A stretch of DNA of 64,000 bases, taken from the NCBI GenBank assembly GCA_963696335.1, contig CAVOJS010000005.1, forward strand, positions 39,910 through 103,909. Direction: 5' to 3'. How positions within the stretch are numbered: position 1 is the first letter of the stretch; each line of letters opens with the position of its first letter. The notes beneath the pieces were generated by a model that did no database searches, was not told where the DNA came from, and saw nothing but the letters and a program-made list of their open reading frames with translations. The DNA is from Terriglobia bacterium (GTDB taxonomy: Bacteria; Acidobacteriota; Terriglobia; Bryobacterales; Bryobacteraceae). This document shows positions 36,588 to 44,869 of the stretch, in pieces. Made by a program: the position numbers and the translations under genes.

Positions 36588-37480
36588 TTGAGTGTCGCCA
36601 GGTAAGCGGTCAGGTTGTGGATATCGTTGTCGGTGTAAACCGGCAGCAGCTCTTTGTGCGGCTTCATGGGATCGTGCAGCTCGATTTTCGGAAGTTCTCC
36701 CTCGCGCCGGAAGCTGCGCGCCGAGCCGTCGGTCAGTGTCATGGTCACGATGAAATCGTCGATGCGCCCTAGCCGGCCTTCCACCTGTTCTCCGTTTGGA
36801 AGCGTCACGGTGACGGTGACGGGCGGTACGTGCGTCGGGCTGTCGGGAGGCGGATTGAAGCCTCGAAATCCATACACCGCCGGCATTAGCCACGTTTGCT
36901 GCAACGTGCGAGGATCGGAAATCCTCGAAGCGATGCCCTTCAAATCGCCGGTTGCCGAGTGGCACCCCGCGCACTTCTGTTCGAAGTATTGCCGGCCGGC
37001 GTTGGCATCGCCCACAAGTAGCGTCTTCGGGCGCATCCGTCCGGGATCGCGGCTCGAAACACGGAAATCATGGATGTATGCCGATAGATCGCTGATGAAC
37101 GCCGAAAGATCGGCGGCTTGCGCATCGGAGAAGTTGAATTTCAGAACGCCCTCGCGCGTCGCGACATGCCCGTTCTCCCCGGCATTCGTGAGGAAGGTGC
37201 GCAGTTGCTCACCGTCCTTGTCCTTCAGCAGGATCTCGGAGCGCAGCAAATTCGGTGCGCCATTGTCTCCGCCGCGTGCGTCCTCTCCGTGGCAATACGC
37301 GCAATTCGTCTGAAACGCTTTTTTCCCTCTGTCGAGCGTCGCCGCATCCGCCTTGGGCCGCGTCGGGAAACTCGCCATGAACGGCGCTTCTTGCGCCGCC
37401 AGTGGACCGAGCGCCGTTGCGGCCGCCATCGCCAACGCGGCAAGCCGAGGCGCTACCTTCAGGCTCATGTGCTTCGTCAT
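36584..37480 (-). CDS. Dihaem c-type cytochrome with an extra C-terminal domain, secreted
   Basis: The CxxCH motifs are CAYCHG and CAGCHS. The signal peptide is MTKHMSLKVAPRLAALAMAAATALGPLAAQ. Confidence 0.85.
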   Translation of the reverse strand: MTKHMSLKVAPRLAALAMAAATALGPLAAQEAPFMASFPTRPKADAATLDRGKKAFQTNCAYCHGEDARGGDNGAPNLLRSEILLKDKDGEQLRTFLTNAGENGHVATREGVLKFNFSDAQAADLSAFISDLSAYIHDFRVSSRDPGRMRPKTLLVGDANAGRQYFEQKCAGCHSATGDLKGIASRISDPRTLQQTWLMPAVYGFRGFNPPPDSPTHVPPVTVTVTLPNGEQVEGRLGRIDDFIVTMTLTDGSARSFRREGELPKIELHDPMKPHKELLPVYTDNDIHNLTAYLATLK

Positions 37481-37529
37481 CCTCTCACCTCATGCGAACG
37501 CTGTTTCGTTGCGTTCGAAGATCGCACCC

Positions 37530-38231
37530 TCAATGTCTGGTGTTCCCTGTCCCCAGGGTTTGCAGATACGCCATCAGATTCGCCACATCGGCATCACCAT
37601 AGCGCTCCAGTAATTTTAAATGCGCCGCGAGCCCCGCATCCGCATTCTCCAGCACCGCGCCGTCCGGACCCGGCCGGAGGAATCGCTTGCGTAGCGACGC
37701 TTCATCATACTTCCTCACGGCCGCCGCCAGATCGGCGCCGGCGTGGCACTTGCCGCATCCGCCCGCCCCGCGGAAATAGGTCTCGCCCGCCTGCGCGTCG
37801 CCCAACGCACGCTCCGATGCTGCGGAAAGCTCGCGGTAGCGTCCCTGCTCGCGCAAATAGTGAATGTACGCCGCGAGATCGGAAATCTGTTGCGGGGTAT
37901 AGTCCGGATACTGTGGCATGGCGGTCTGTAGATTCGGCAATCCCGCGCGCACGATCCCCCCGATCAGATTTCCTCCCTCATCCCGCCCGACCAGGGGAAG
38001 ATGCAGCAGGTCCGCCGCGCCCATCGCGGCGCCCGTCAGATCGATTCCGTGGCAAAAATGGCAGGAACTGATCACGTACACCGTCCGGCCCCGCTCCAAT
38101 TGCGCGGTCGGCGCCGGGTACCCGCCCGCGTCGCGTTTACCCTCGGGAGCCTGCGCCCAACCCACGCCGAGCGGCACGAGCCACGCGAGGAGGATCAAAC
38201 GCGCGAGGTCAATCACAATCGTTCGGCGCAT
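37530..38231 (-). CDS. Dihaem c-type cytochrome, secreted
   Basis: The CxxCH motifs are CHFCHG and CGKCHA. The gene starts 1 nt after the upstream TIM-barrel stop. Confidence 0.85.
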   Translation of the reverse strand: MRRTIVIDLARLILLAWLVPLGVGWAQAPEGKRDAGGYPAPTAQLERGRTVYVISSCHFCHGIDLTGAAMGAADLLHLPLVGRDEGGNLIGGIVRAGLPNLQTAMPQYPDYTPQQISDLAAYIHYLREQGRYRELSAASERALGDAQAGETYFRGAGGCGKCHAGADLAAAVRKYDEASLRKRFLRPGPDGAVLENADAGLAAHLKLLERYGDADVANLMAYLQTLGTGNTRH

Positions 38232-38232
38232 A

Positions 38233-39201
38233 TCAGGCCAGCGCTTCCCTGCAATAATCCATGCAGCGTTTCACTTCTTCGGTCGAGGAACGGAAGGATC
38301 CGTACTCGTACTCGATGTAGCAGCGGATCGGATAGCGCTTGTCGCGAATCAGCCTCAGGATCTCTCGAATCGGCGTGTCGCCCTGCCCGAAAGGCATGTT
38401 GCGCCCGTTGTTTCGCTTTCGATCCCGCACGTGGATATTCACGATCCGCGCGTGATGCTTTTCAAGAAACGCGAGCGGATCGTTGTTCCCCGCGACGAAG
38501 TGCCCGGTATCGAGCGTCACTTTGAAATATTCCGACATCGCAAGCGCCGTTTCAAAGCTTGCGGGCGTCGCGAACTGATCCGGATCGGCCAGATTATTGT
38601 GATTGTGCATCGCCACATACATTTTGTGACGCTCGACGAACGGCACCAGGCGCTTTGCTTCGCTCAGCACTGTCGACGAACTGAATCCTGCAACGCCCAG
38701 AGCCTTGGCCGCTTCGAAGGTCCGGTCGCGTTCTTCATCGGTGAACGTCTCGTTGAAGTTCACGTTGTACAGATACATACGCAGCCCGGCGTCGTCGAAT
38801 TGCTTGCGCACCGTGCGGTAATAATCCATCGGAATCGAAAGCCGCCACCGGCGCGCCTCCTCGCGCATTTTTGCATAACCCGCCGCGCGCCGCGTGGCCA
38901 CCCACCAGCCCGTCGCGTAGCTGCCCATCGGCTCCACGTGCCCGGACATGATCTCGCACTCGGCGATCCCGGCCTGCTTCATGTCCTCGATCAGCGTCGG
39001 GATCAAGCTTCGATCGCCCGCCGGCGGCAGATCGTGAAAGCTGAACGTTTCGACGCCAAACGTGACGCCGGAAATGATTGTGGGTTGAAACGCCGCGGCC
39101 GCCCCCGCCCTCTCCGGGGAGGATATCAAGCCGGCCGCCGCGGGGAGTCCCGCCAGGGCCAGCTTGCCGATCTGTCTTCGCGTATACATTCGCGATTTCA
39201 C
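38233..39201 (-). CDS. Tat-signal xylose-isomerase-like TIM-barrel protein
   Basis: The Tat motif is YTRRQIGK. The conserved block is IHVRDRKRNNGRNMPFGQGDTPIREILRLIRDKRYPIRCYIEYEY. The start is GTG 39201 or ATG 39189. Confidence 0.9.
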   Translation of the reverse strand: MKSRMYTRRQIGKLALAGLPAAAGLISSPERAGAAAAFQPTIISGVTFGVETFSFHDLPPAGDRSLIPTLIEDMKQAGIAECEIMSGHVEPMGSYATGWWVATRRAAGYAKMREEARRWRLSIPMDYYRTVRKQFDDAGLRMYLYNVNFNETFTDEERDRTFEAAKALGVAGFSSSTVLSEAKRLVPFVERHKMYVAMHNHNNLADPDQFATPASFETALAMSEYFKVTLDTGHFVAGNNDPLAFLEKHHARIVNIHVRDRKRNNGRNMPFGQGDTPIREILRLIRDKRYPIRCYIEYEYGSFRSSTEEVKRCMDYCREALA

Positions 39202-39208
39202 AGTCTCC

Positions 39209-40240
39209 TTAGGCGCAGCGCAGCGCCAGGCCGTTACGCTCGGCGAAGCTCAGCGCTTCCACCGCGGCCCCGCGCGCCCCGGCCGTATCCCCGTTCGGCA
39301 TGATATAGATCGGAATGTCGGTCTGCTCTTCCCGCTGAATCGGCATCCCCGCTCGAATCTCATCCACGAACCAGCGCTGAAACTCGCGCGTTGTCTCGAG
39401 CGCCCCTCCGCCCACGATCAGGGCGTCGGGATCGAAGGTGTTGATCATCTCGTCGAAAAATAATCCCAGCGCATGCGCCTGCACGCGGAAGATGGCACGG
39501 CACATCGCGTCGCCGCTTTCCGCCAGCCCTCGCACCAGCCGCGCCGCGTACGCTCGATCGTCGATATTGTGCAGATCGTGGCCCGGATATTTCGATAGAA
39601 AATGCGGGAGCAGCGACTTGTGGATCGCCGTCAGCGAGCACAGCGATTCCAGGTCGCCTCTGCGCCAGCAGTTACACTGCAATTCCAATCCCTCGACGTC
39701 CGCAATCGAACGCGTCGGAATTAATACGTGCCCCAGTTCCCCGCCGAATCCGCGCCGCCCCTTGACCACGTTCCCGTCGATAATGATGCCGCCGCCGAGG
39801 CCAGTCCCGATCACGGTGGTGATCGAAGTCGCGGGCTTCTTCGTTCCGAAAATCGAATAATGACCCCACAGGGCCGCCGCGTTTCCGTCGTTCAGATACG
39901 TCACCGGCTTCGCGAGCCGCTCCGCCAGCCGTCCTCGAATGTCGAATCCAATCCAGCGCGGATGTCCGAAGTTGGTCGAACCGCGCGCGCTCAATACACC
40001 ATCGGCGCTGGCCGGACCGGGCGTATCCAGGCCAACCACGGCGATCTCCTCCATCTGCACGCCGGCGCGCCCCGCGGCCATCTGGAGCCCGGCGGCGATC
40101 TGCTCGAGACAAATCTCCGGTCCTTCCGTCGACCGCGATGGGTACTCGCACAATCCCTCGATCAGGAATTTTTCCTGACCGTCAACCAGGGTATAGTTCA
40201 CGGCCGTTCCACCGAGATCTACACCAGCAACAATTGCCAT
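39209..40240 (-). CDS. ROK-family sugar kinase
   Basis: Family-like sequences are AGVDLGGTAVNY, YLNDGNAAALWG, GTGLGGGIIIDG and GGELGH. A Cys-rich segment reads LQCNCWRRGDLESLCS. Confidence 0.85.
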   Translation of the reverse strand: MAIVAGVDLGGTAVNYTLVDGQEKFLIEGLCEYPSRSTEGPEICLEQIAAGLQMAAGRAGVQMEEIAVVGLDTPGPASADGVLSARGSTNFGHPRWIGFDIRGRLAERLAKPVTYLNDGNAAALWGHYSIFGTKKPATSITTVIGTGLGGGIIIDGNVVKGRRGFGGELGHVLIPTRSIADVEGLELQCNCWRRGDLESLCSLTAIHKSLLPHFLSKYPGHDLHNIDDRAYAARLVRGLAESGDAMCRAIFRVQAHALGLFFDEMINTFDPDALIVGGGALETTREFQRWFVDEIRAGMPIQREEQTDIPIYIMPNGDTAGARGAAVEALSFAERNGLALRCA

Positions 40241-40411
40241 ACTCTTCCTTTGCGCGCTTACCGCGTACAGGGCGGCCGCCAGAATCTCCGTTCAGTAATA
40301 CGTCGATGTCTCAATTCCCGTACCGCCGTGGAAATTTCCGACGACCCGCCCGTTCCAGCCGCGAACGATTTTTCCGGCCATATCGGTCACCGTCCTCTTT
40401 CCCGCCTGGAA

Positions 40412-40891
40412 TCATCCCAGAAATGCAATGGCGCGTCCGGCCCAGCCCACGCCGAACCACAGAAACAGCGAAATCAGCGGCAGGACCACCAGCCGCCTGC
40501 TTGCATGCGCGGCCGCCTCGGCTCTCACCACCCGCCGATACACCGTGTACTGAAAAAGTATCGCGACCAGGAGAACGATCATCTTAACGTTAAATGATGT
40601 GTTGGCCGCATAGCGCGCGGGATCCGGCAAAAAGACAAAAAAGCCCGAAACGGCCGCCAGAATGAGCCCCGCCGTTCCCCAACTCCAGACCTGCTTCGCG
40701 AGCACCTCCAGCTTGATCTCCTGAAGACCGATCCCGAGCAGGCGGAAATTCAGAATCACCATCGAACCGAGCAGAAGCGTAATGCCGAATAAGTGAAACG
40801 CCTGGATCACGGGAATCGCCAGATGCGAATTACGCAGAATATCGATCGTCGGGGAGCTGTACGACATCTGCCAGAGGCGTTGAAGTCTCAT
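40412..40891 (-). CDS. Integral membrane protein (4 predicted TM helices), paralog of 40904..41389
   Basis: IPVIQAFHLFGITLLLGSMVILNFRLLG aligns with FPVVEGSHILALSLSVGLILMLDLRLLG in the neighbouring gene. Hydrophobic segments run throughout the protein. Confidence 0.7.
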   Translation of the reverse strand: MRLQRLWQMSYSSPTIDILRNSHLAIPVIQAFHLFGITLLLGSMVILNFRLLGIGLQEIKLEVLAKQVWSWGTAGLILAAVSGFFVFLPDPARYAANTSFNVKMIVLLVAILFQYTVYRRVVRAEAAAHASRRLVVLPLISLFLWFGVGWAGRAIAFLG

Positions 40892-40903
40892 CGCATTTCC
40901 CCG

Positions 40904-41389
40904 TTACAGTTCATACGCGGTGAGCCGTCCGCACAGGATCACGGCCATCCACAGCACCAGCGACGTCGCCGCCACCACCTTCACTCCCGCCGGAACCGAC
41001 GGCGCCGCATCCCACTCCGCCATGTGCGGATAATATTTGTATTGATAAAAAGCCGCGTTCAATCCCAAAAGGGCCAGCGTTAAAATCTTCACCCGAAAAT
41101 AATTATTGGTGTAAACCGACTCGGCTTGCGCAAAAAACAACAGCAGTCCGCTTCCGAACACCACGGCGAAGCCGGGCAGCGCCCACGGCATCACCTGCAG
41201 CATGATGCGCGAAATCGGCTCGCTCCGGAATGCCAGGCCCAACAGCCGGAGGTCCAGCATCAGAATGAGGCCAACCGATAGCGACAAAGCCAGAATGTGG
41301 CTTCCTTCGACAACCGGAAAAATGAAATCGGCCTGGCGAAACCACGTCGCCCACGCCGTGTTTTGAATCCAGTGAAAGAGTGCGAGCAT
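40904..41389 (-). CDS. Integral membrane protein, paralog of 40412..40891
   Basis: The likely start is ATG 41389 (MLALFHWIQNTAW...). The ORF could extend to 41467. Confidence 0.65.
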   Translation of the reverse strand: MLALFHWIQNTAWATWFRQADFIFPVVEGSHILALSLSVGLILMLDLRLLGLAFRSEPISRIMLQVMPWALPGFAVVFGSGLLLFFAQAESVYTNNYFRVKILTLALLGLNAAFYQYKYYPHMAEWDAAPSVPAGVKVVAATSLVLWMAVILCGRLTAYEL

Positions 41390-41530
41390 CCGCTTGTTTC
41401 CCGCGAACCTGGCGTCCCGCGAAATACCGTCCGGATGCGCGCCGCAAAATCCATCTCTTGCACGCAACGAACCCAGCCGGGTCCATGGATCGAGGACCCT
41501 CGCCCGGGCTGGACGATTTCGCGCGACCGG

Positions 41531-41938
41531 CTACTCGCCGCCTTCTCCCTTCGGACGGGCGATGTCGTGATACAGACGCTTGCCGTCCGGCAGGATCGCA
41601 TAAAAGAGGGAGGCGCCCTTGGTGACCCCGTCTTTCATCGGATGGGCCACCAGCTTGACATGATCGCCGGCCTTGAATGTCGCGCGTGTCCAGCCTTGGC
41701 GGCCCATGATATTCGTCGCTCCGCCTTCGATGTCCCAGGTGCCTACTGTCGAAGGATCGGCCGCGCCCGGATCCACCTTCACGATGATGTGCGTGTGGGG
41801 ATTCTCCCAGCGGTACTCGATGACCGTGCCTTCATAGGTGGTGTCCCTCGTCAGATCGAACATCGCGAAGGAATGGTGGGCGAGAACGGGAATCGCGCCC
41901 GTAAGCAGGCCGGCCATAACAATCCATTTTGCCTTCAT
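41531..41938 (-). CDS. Small secreted protein, DUF6152-like (family assignment from memory)
   Basis: The signal peptide ends in ...PVLAHHSFAMFD. It carries WENPHTHIIV and a beta-rich remainder. Confidence 0.65.
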   Translation of the reverse strand: MKAKWIVMAGLLTGAIPVLAHHSFAMFDLTRDTTYEGTVIEYRWENPHTHIIVKVDPGAADPSTVGTWDIEGGATNIMGRQGWTRATFKAGDHVKLVAHPMKDGVTKGASLFYAILPDGKRLYHDIARPKGEGGE

Positions 41939-41979
41939 AAATCGAAACTCCTTTTACCGTCACAGCTCCACAATCGAAC

Positions 41980-42708
41980 TTAGTTTTTAGGCGCGCCTCC
42001 TGGCGCTCCCAGCAAATAATTCGCCCGCGATTCGTCGCTGGCGTTGCAATCGTATTCCCGCAGCTCCGTGCCCCGCGGGGCGCGATAGTAGCGAAACTCG
42101 TAGGTATGGGGGCGCTGAAATACCTTGGCGTCTTCCCATGTGAAAACCACCGATAGGCGCTTGCCTTGATCGAGCAGCTGGAACCGCTCCACCAGATGGG
42201 AATCCGCCGTGCGGCGTCCACCGCCGGGAATCCGCGTGATGCCTTCATCGGAAAAACCGATCGTGTCGACCACCAGCGTTTCGCCGTCCCAATGCCCGAT
42301 GGAATTACCGCCGGATACCGGATCGAACGTTTCCGCGCTCACGTGCCCCCGCCCGTCCATGTAAATATGGCGCGAAGGATTGCGCAGACCGGTCACGATC
42401 AGCATTTCCTTTCCGTTGGTGTCCTGCACGATATCGAGCGGCGAAGCGTTCATCACATACGGAACACCGAAAAAATGACACCACCGGACCGCATTCCGGT
42501 CATGCTGAAACTGGACGTGTGGATCTTCCGCGGCCATCGCCGGCGTCAGCGCGGCCGGCGGCACGTTCGCACTATCCACCCGGAGCTCCCAATAGCCCGA
42601 AAGATCGGGCCTGCTCGTCTGCGCATATCCCGCGCTCGCCGTTCCCACAAGCATCACCGCGGCCAGCATTGTCCCGTCGAGTCTCGCGCGGCGCTTCCCC
42701 GGCGTCAT
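41980..42708 (-). CDS. Secreted protein of the SGxW family, subtype C1
   Basis: Motifs are DLSGYWEL, YMDGRGH, GNSIGHWDGETLVVDTIGFSD and IPGGGRR, with a Cys pair (RWCHFFG ... YDCNASD). It has an ATGA overlap with the upstream gene. Confidence 0.8.
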   Translation of the reverse strand: MTPGKRRARLDGTMLAAVMLVGTASAGYAQTSRPDLSGYWELRVDSANVPPAALTPAMAAEDPHVQFQHDRNAVRWCHFFGVPYVMNASPLDIVQDTNGKEMLIVTGLRNPSRHIYMDGRGHVSAETFDPVSGGNSIGHWDGETLVVDTIGFSDEGITRIPGGGRRTADSHLVERFQLLDQGKRLSVVFTWEDAKVFQRPHTYEFRYYRAPRGTELREYDCNASDESRANYLLGAPGGAPKN

Positions 42709-43478
42709 CGTTGCACCGGCTGGACGACCGAGCCGCCTTGGGCTTCATCGTCGGCATGGCAGTATTCTTCAAATGCGTAGGTCCCTGGCGCGGACCGATG
42801 ATAGGTCATCTCGTAGGTGTGGGGCTTGAGGTAAATCGCCGGATCGTCCCAAGTGGATGTTACCGAGAGCACGTTTCCTCCCTCGATCAGCCTGAAGCGC
42901 TCGACCAGGTGCGTTCCGGGGCCCACGCGTCCTCCCCCCGGAGTCGCTCCTCCGCCTGTAAACCCGATCGTGTCAACCACCAGCGTGTCGCCTTCCCAAT
43001 GGCCGATCGCGTGGCCGTTCACCGATCTCAGCAAATGTTCGGCGTCCGGATGCGGTCTGCCGTCAAGATAGATGTGCCGCGCGAAGGTGTGCACCTCAGG
43101 CGCCTGGACGATCTCGTCTTTGGACTGGGCGATGTCCCACGCCGCCGAATGCTGCATGAAGAACGGATACGAATTCGTCAGACACCACTTCGATCCGAAC
43201 GAAACCACGTCACCGCGCGCCTGGGCGGCCGCCTGCCGTTTGGCTTCTTCGATATATTCCGGCTTGATCGAGGCGCGTGGAATCCGCTCCAGCGTCCCGC
43301 CGAAGCTCCCCCCGCCGAACTCGTCTTTGCGTTCCCAGAATCCCGACAAATCCGGCGCCGTCCCGGTTTGCGCCATCGCATGAGCGGCGCCGAGCGCCAT
43401 CCCGCCCGCGAGCATAGCCGCCAGGATCGCCCGGCGGCGCGCACTATTATCGTTCCTGTTCACAACTGCTCTCCCCAC
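42705..43478 (-). CDS. Secreted protein of the SGxW family, subtype C2
   Basis: Motifs are DLSGFWER, YLDGRPHPDA and GHAIGHWEGDTLVVDTIGF, with a Cys pair (KWCLTNS ... EYCHADD). The N-terminus SARRRAILAAMLAGGMALGAAHAMAQ may be a Tat-type signal. The GTG start lies 2 nt after the upstream stop. Confidence 0.8.
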   Translation of the reverse strand: MGRAVVNRNDNSARRRAILAAMLAGGMALGAAHAMAQTGTAPDLSGFWERKDEFGGGSFGGTLERIPRASIKPEYIEEAKRQAAAQARGDVVSFGSKWCLTNSYPFFMQHSAAWDIAQSKDEIVQAPEVHTFARHIYLDGRPHPDAEHLLRSVNGHAIGHWEGDTLVVDTIGFTGGGATPGGGRVGPGTHLVERFRLIEGGNVLSVTSTWDDPAIYLKPHTYEMTYHRSAPGTYAFEEYCHADDEAQGGSVVQPVQR

Positions 43479-43480
43479 CT

Positions 43481-44755
43481 CTAGCGCGCCAGCCCGATAC
43501 TTTTGGCCCAGTAATTCGCGTTGCCGATGTAGCCTAGATCCGGCAAGTACGAAAGGATCGTCCGGCGCATCTTCAGCATGCTGATCTCCCCGGCTTCCTG
43601 AAAAATCACCTTGCCCTCAGGTGAGAACACCATCGTAAACGGCACGCCCGAATCCCAGCTCTTATCGAACGCCTCCTGCAGCGCATACACATCATCGGTC
43701 GCGAATTGATAATTCCGCACCGCCGAATGATGCTGATTGAGAAACTTCTGCACGGCCGCCTTGGCCTCCGGAGGATCAGTTGAAACCGTTACCACTTCGA
43801 ACTCACGGCTCCGATACCACAGATGGGTCTTCAGAATATCGTCGAATTCCTCGACGCAAGGACCGCACCAGGTGGCCCAGAAGTTGATCATGAGGTACTT
43901 CTTGTCCGGGTTGGAGCGGAGCTTCTTCAATCCGGCCGCGTCGATCGCTTCGAGCCTCACCGGCTGGGCCATCCATTCCTTCATCTCGTCTTCGCGGCGG
44001 CCCGTCTGCTGCTTCCACTTGATGCTGCAGCCGAACACCGGGCGTTCCGGAAATTCCACGGGTTTGCCCGCGATCAGTTGATCGATGGCGTTGCGCGCGT
44101 CGGTAATCTTCACGCGATCCTCGCGCATCGCATCGTCGATCCGGCCTTCGTAGCGCAGCTTGCGGTCTTTGTCGAAAACGAAGATGTGCGGCGTATTCTT
44201 CGGCCCATAAAGATGCGCGATGTTCTGCGTATCGCCGTCGTAAAGATAGGGGAAGTTGAACTGCTTGAACTTCGCGTGCACCTTCATGCTTTCGAGCGAA
44301 TCATCCACATCGGCGAAGTTCAGCTCGTGCGGCGCGAGCGCAGCCACCGCGTTGGGCTGGATCGCGAGAAACTGCACGCCCTTGGCCTTGTAGTCCGTCA
44401 CCATCTTCTCAATCCGGCCCTCGTACAATTGCGATGCCGGGCAATGATTGCAAATGAACAGAACCGCGAGCACCGGACTCGTTTTCCAATCCGCGAGCGT
44501 ATGCGTTTTGCCGTCGATGCCCGGAAGTTTGAAATCGGGCGCCTGCGCGCCGATTTTCAACGTCGGATTCAGGCGGAAGCCTTCCTCCATGTCGAGCTGA
44601 TGCTGCGACTTCACACCGCCCTTGGCGACCGCCCCCGCGCCATCCTGCGAGAATGCTACCGTCGCGCTGATCGTGCACGCGAGCGCTCCGGCGAGCACAA
44701 TTCCCACGCGCGGCGCCGCCCGTTTTGCCGCATCGCGTTGTATCGAATGTGCCAT
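43481..44755 (-). CDS. Secreted protein with two thioredoxin-fold (TlpA/redoxin-like) domains
   Basis: Domain 1 has LFICNHCPAS (CxxC) and domain 2 has FWATWCGPCVEEF (WCGPC). The signal peptide is ...VGIVLAGALACTISATVAFSQ. Confidence 0.85.
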   Translation of the reverse strand: MAHSIQRDAAKRAAPRVGIVLAGALACTISATVAFSQDGAGAVAKGGVKSQHQLDMEEGFRLNPTLKIGAQAPDFKLPGIDGKTHTLADWKTSPVLAVLFICNHCPASQLYEGRIEKMVTDYKAKGVQFLAIQPNAVAALAPHELNFADVDDSLESMKVHAKFKQFNFPYLYDGDTQNIAHLYGPKNTPHIFVFDKDRKLRYEGRIDDAMREDRVKITDARNAIDQLIAGKPVEFPERPVFGCSIKWKQQTGRREDEMKEWMAQPVRLEAIDAAGLKKLRSNPDKKYLMINFWATWCGPCVEEFDDILKTHLWYRSREFEVVTVSTDPPEAKAAVQKFLNQHHSAVRNYQFATDDVYALQEAFDKSWDSGVPFTMVFSPEGKVIFQEAGEISMLKMRRTILSYLPDLGYIGNANYWAKSIGLAR

Positions 44756-44869
44756 GGTCCAATTTCCTCCCGAACCATTGGGCAGCCCGAAGGCCGCCTC
44801 TTGTTACGGTAACTCCGCGATCCCCCGTTCGTACCCGGCGAGGAATCCGATCTCCTGCAGACGCTCGAC

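Noticed and set aside
37918-39303. A 461-aa plus-strand ORF. Similar ORFs occur at 5310-6500 (-), 44939-46036 (+), 57668-58699 (+) and 55965-57284 (+).
   Set aside because: All are antisense to genes with strong family evidence and have shadow-ORF composition.
40292-40381. A 29-codon minus-strand ORF (MAGKIVRGWNGRVVGNFHGGTGIETSTYY) in the 171-nt gap between the membrane protein and the ROK kinase.
   Set aside because: It is too short to support from sequence alone, has no clear ribosome-binding site at proper spacing, and has no paralog in the window. It is noted only as something ribosome profiling could test.
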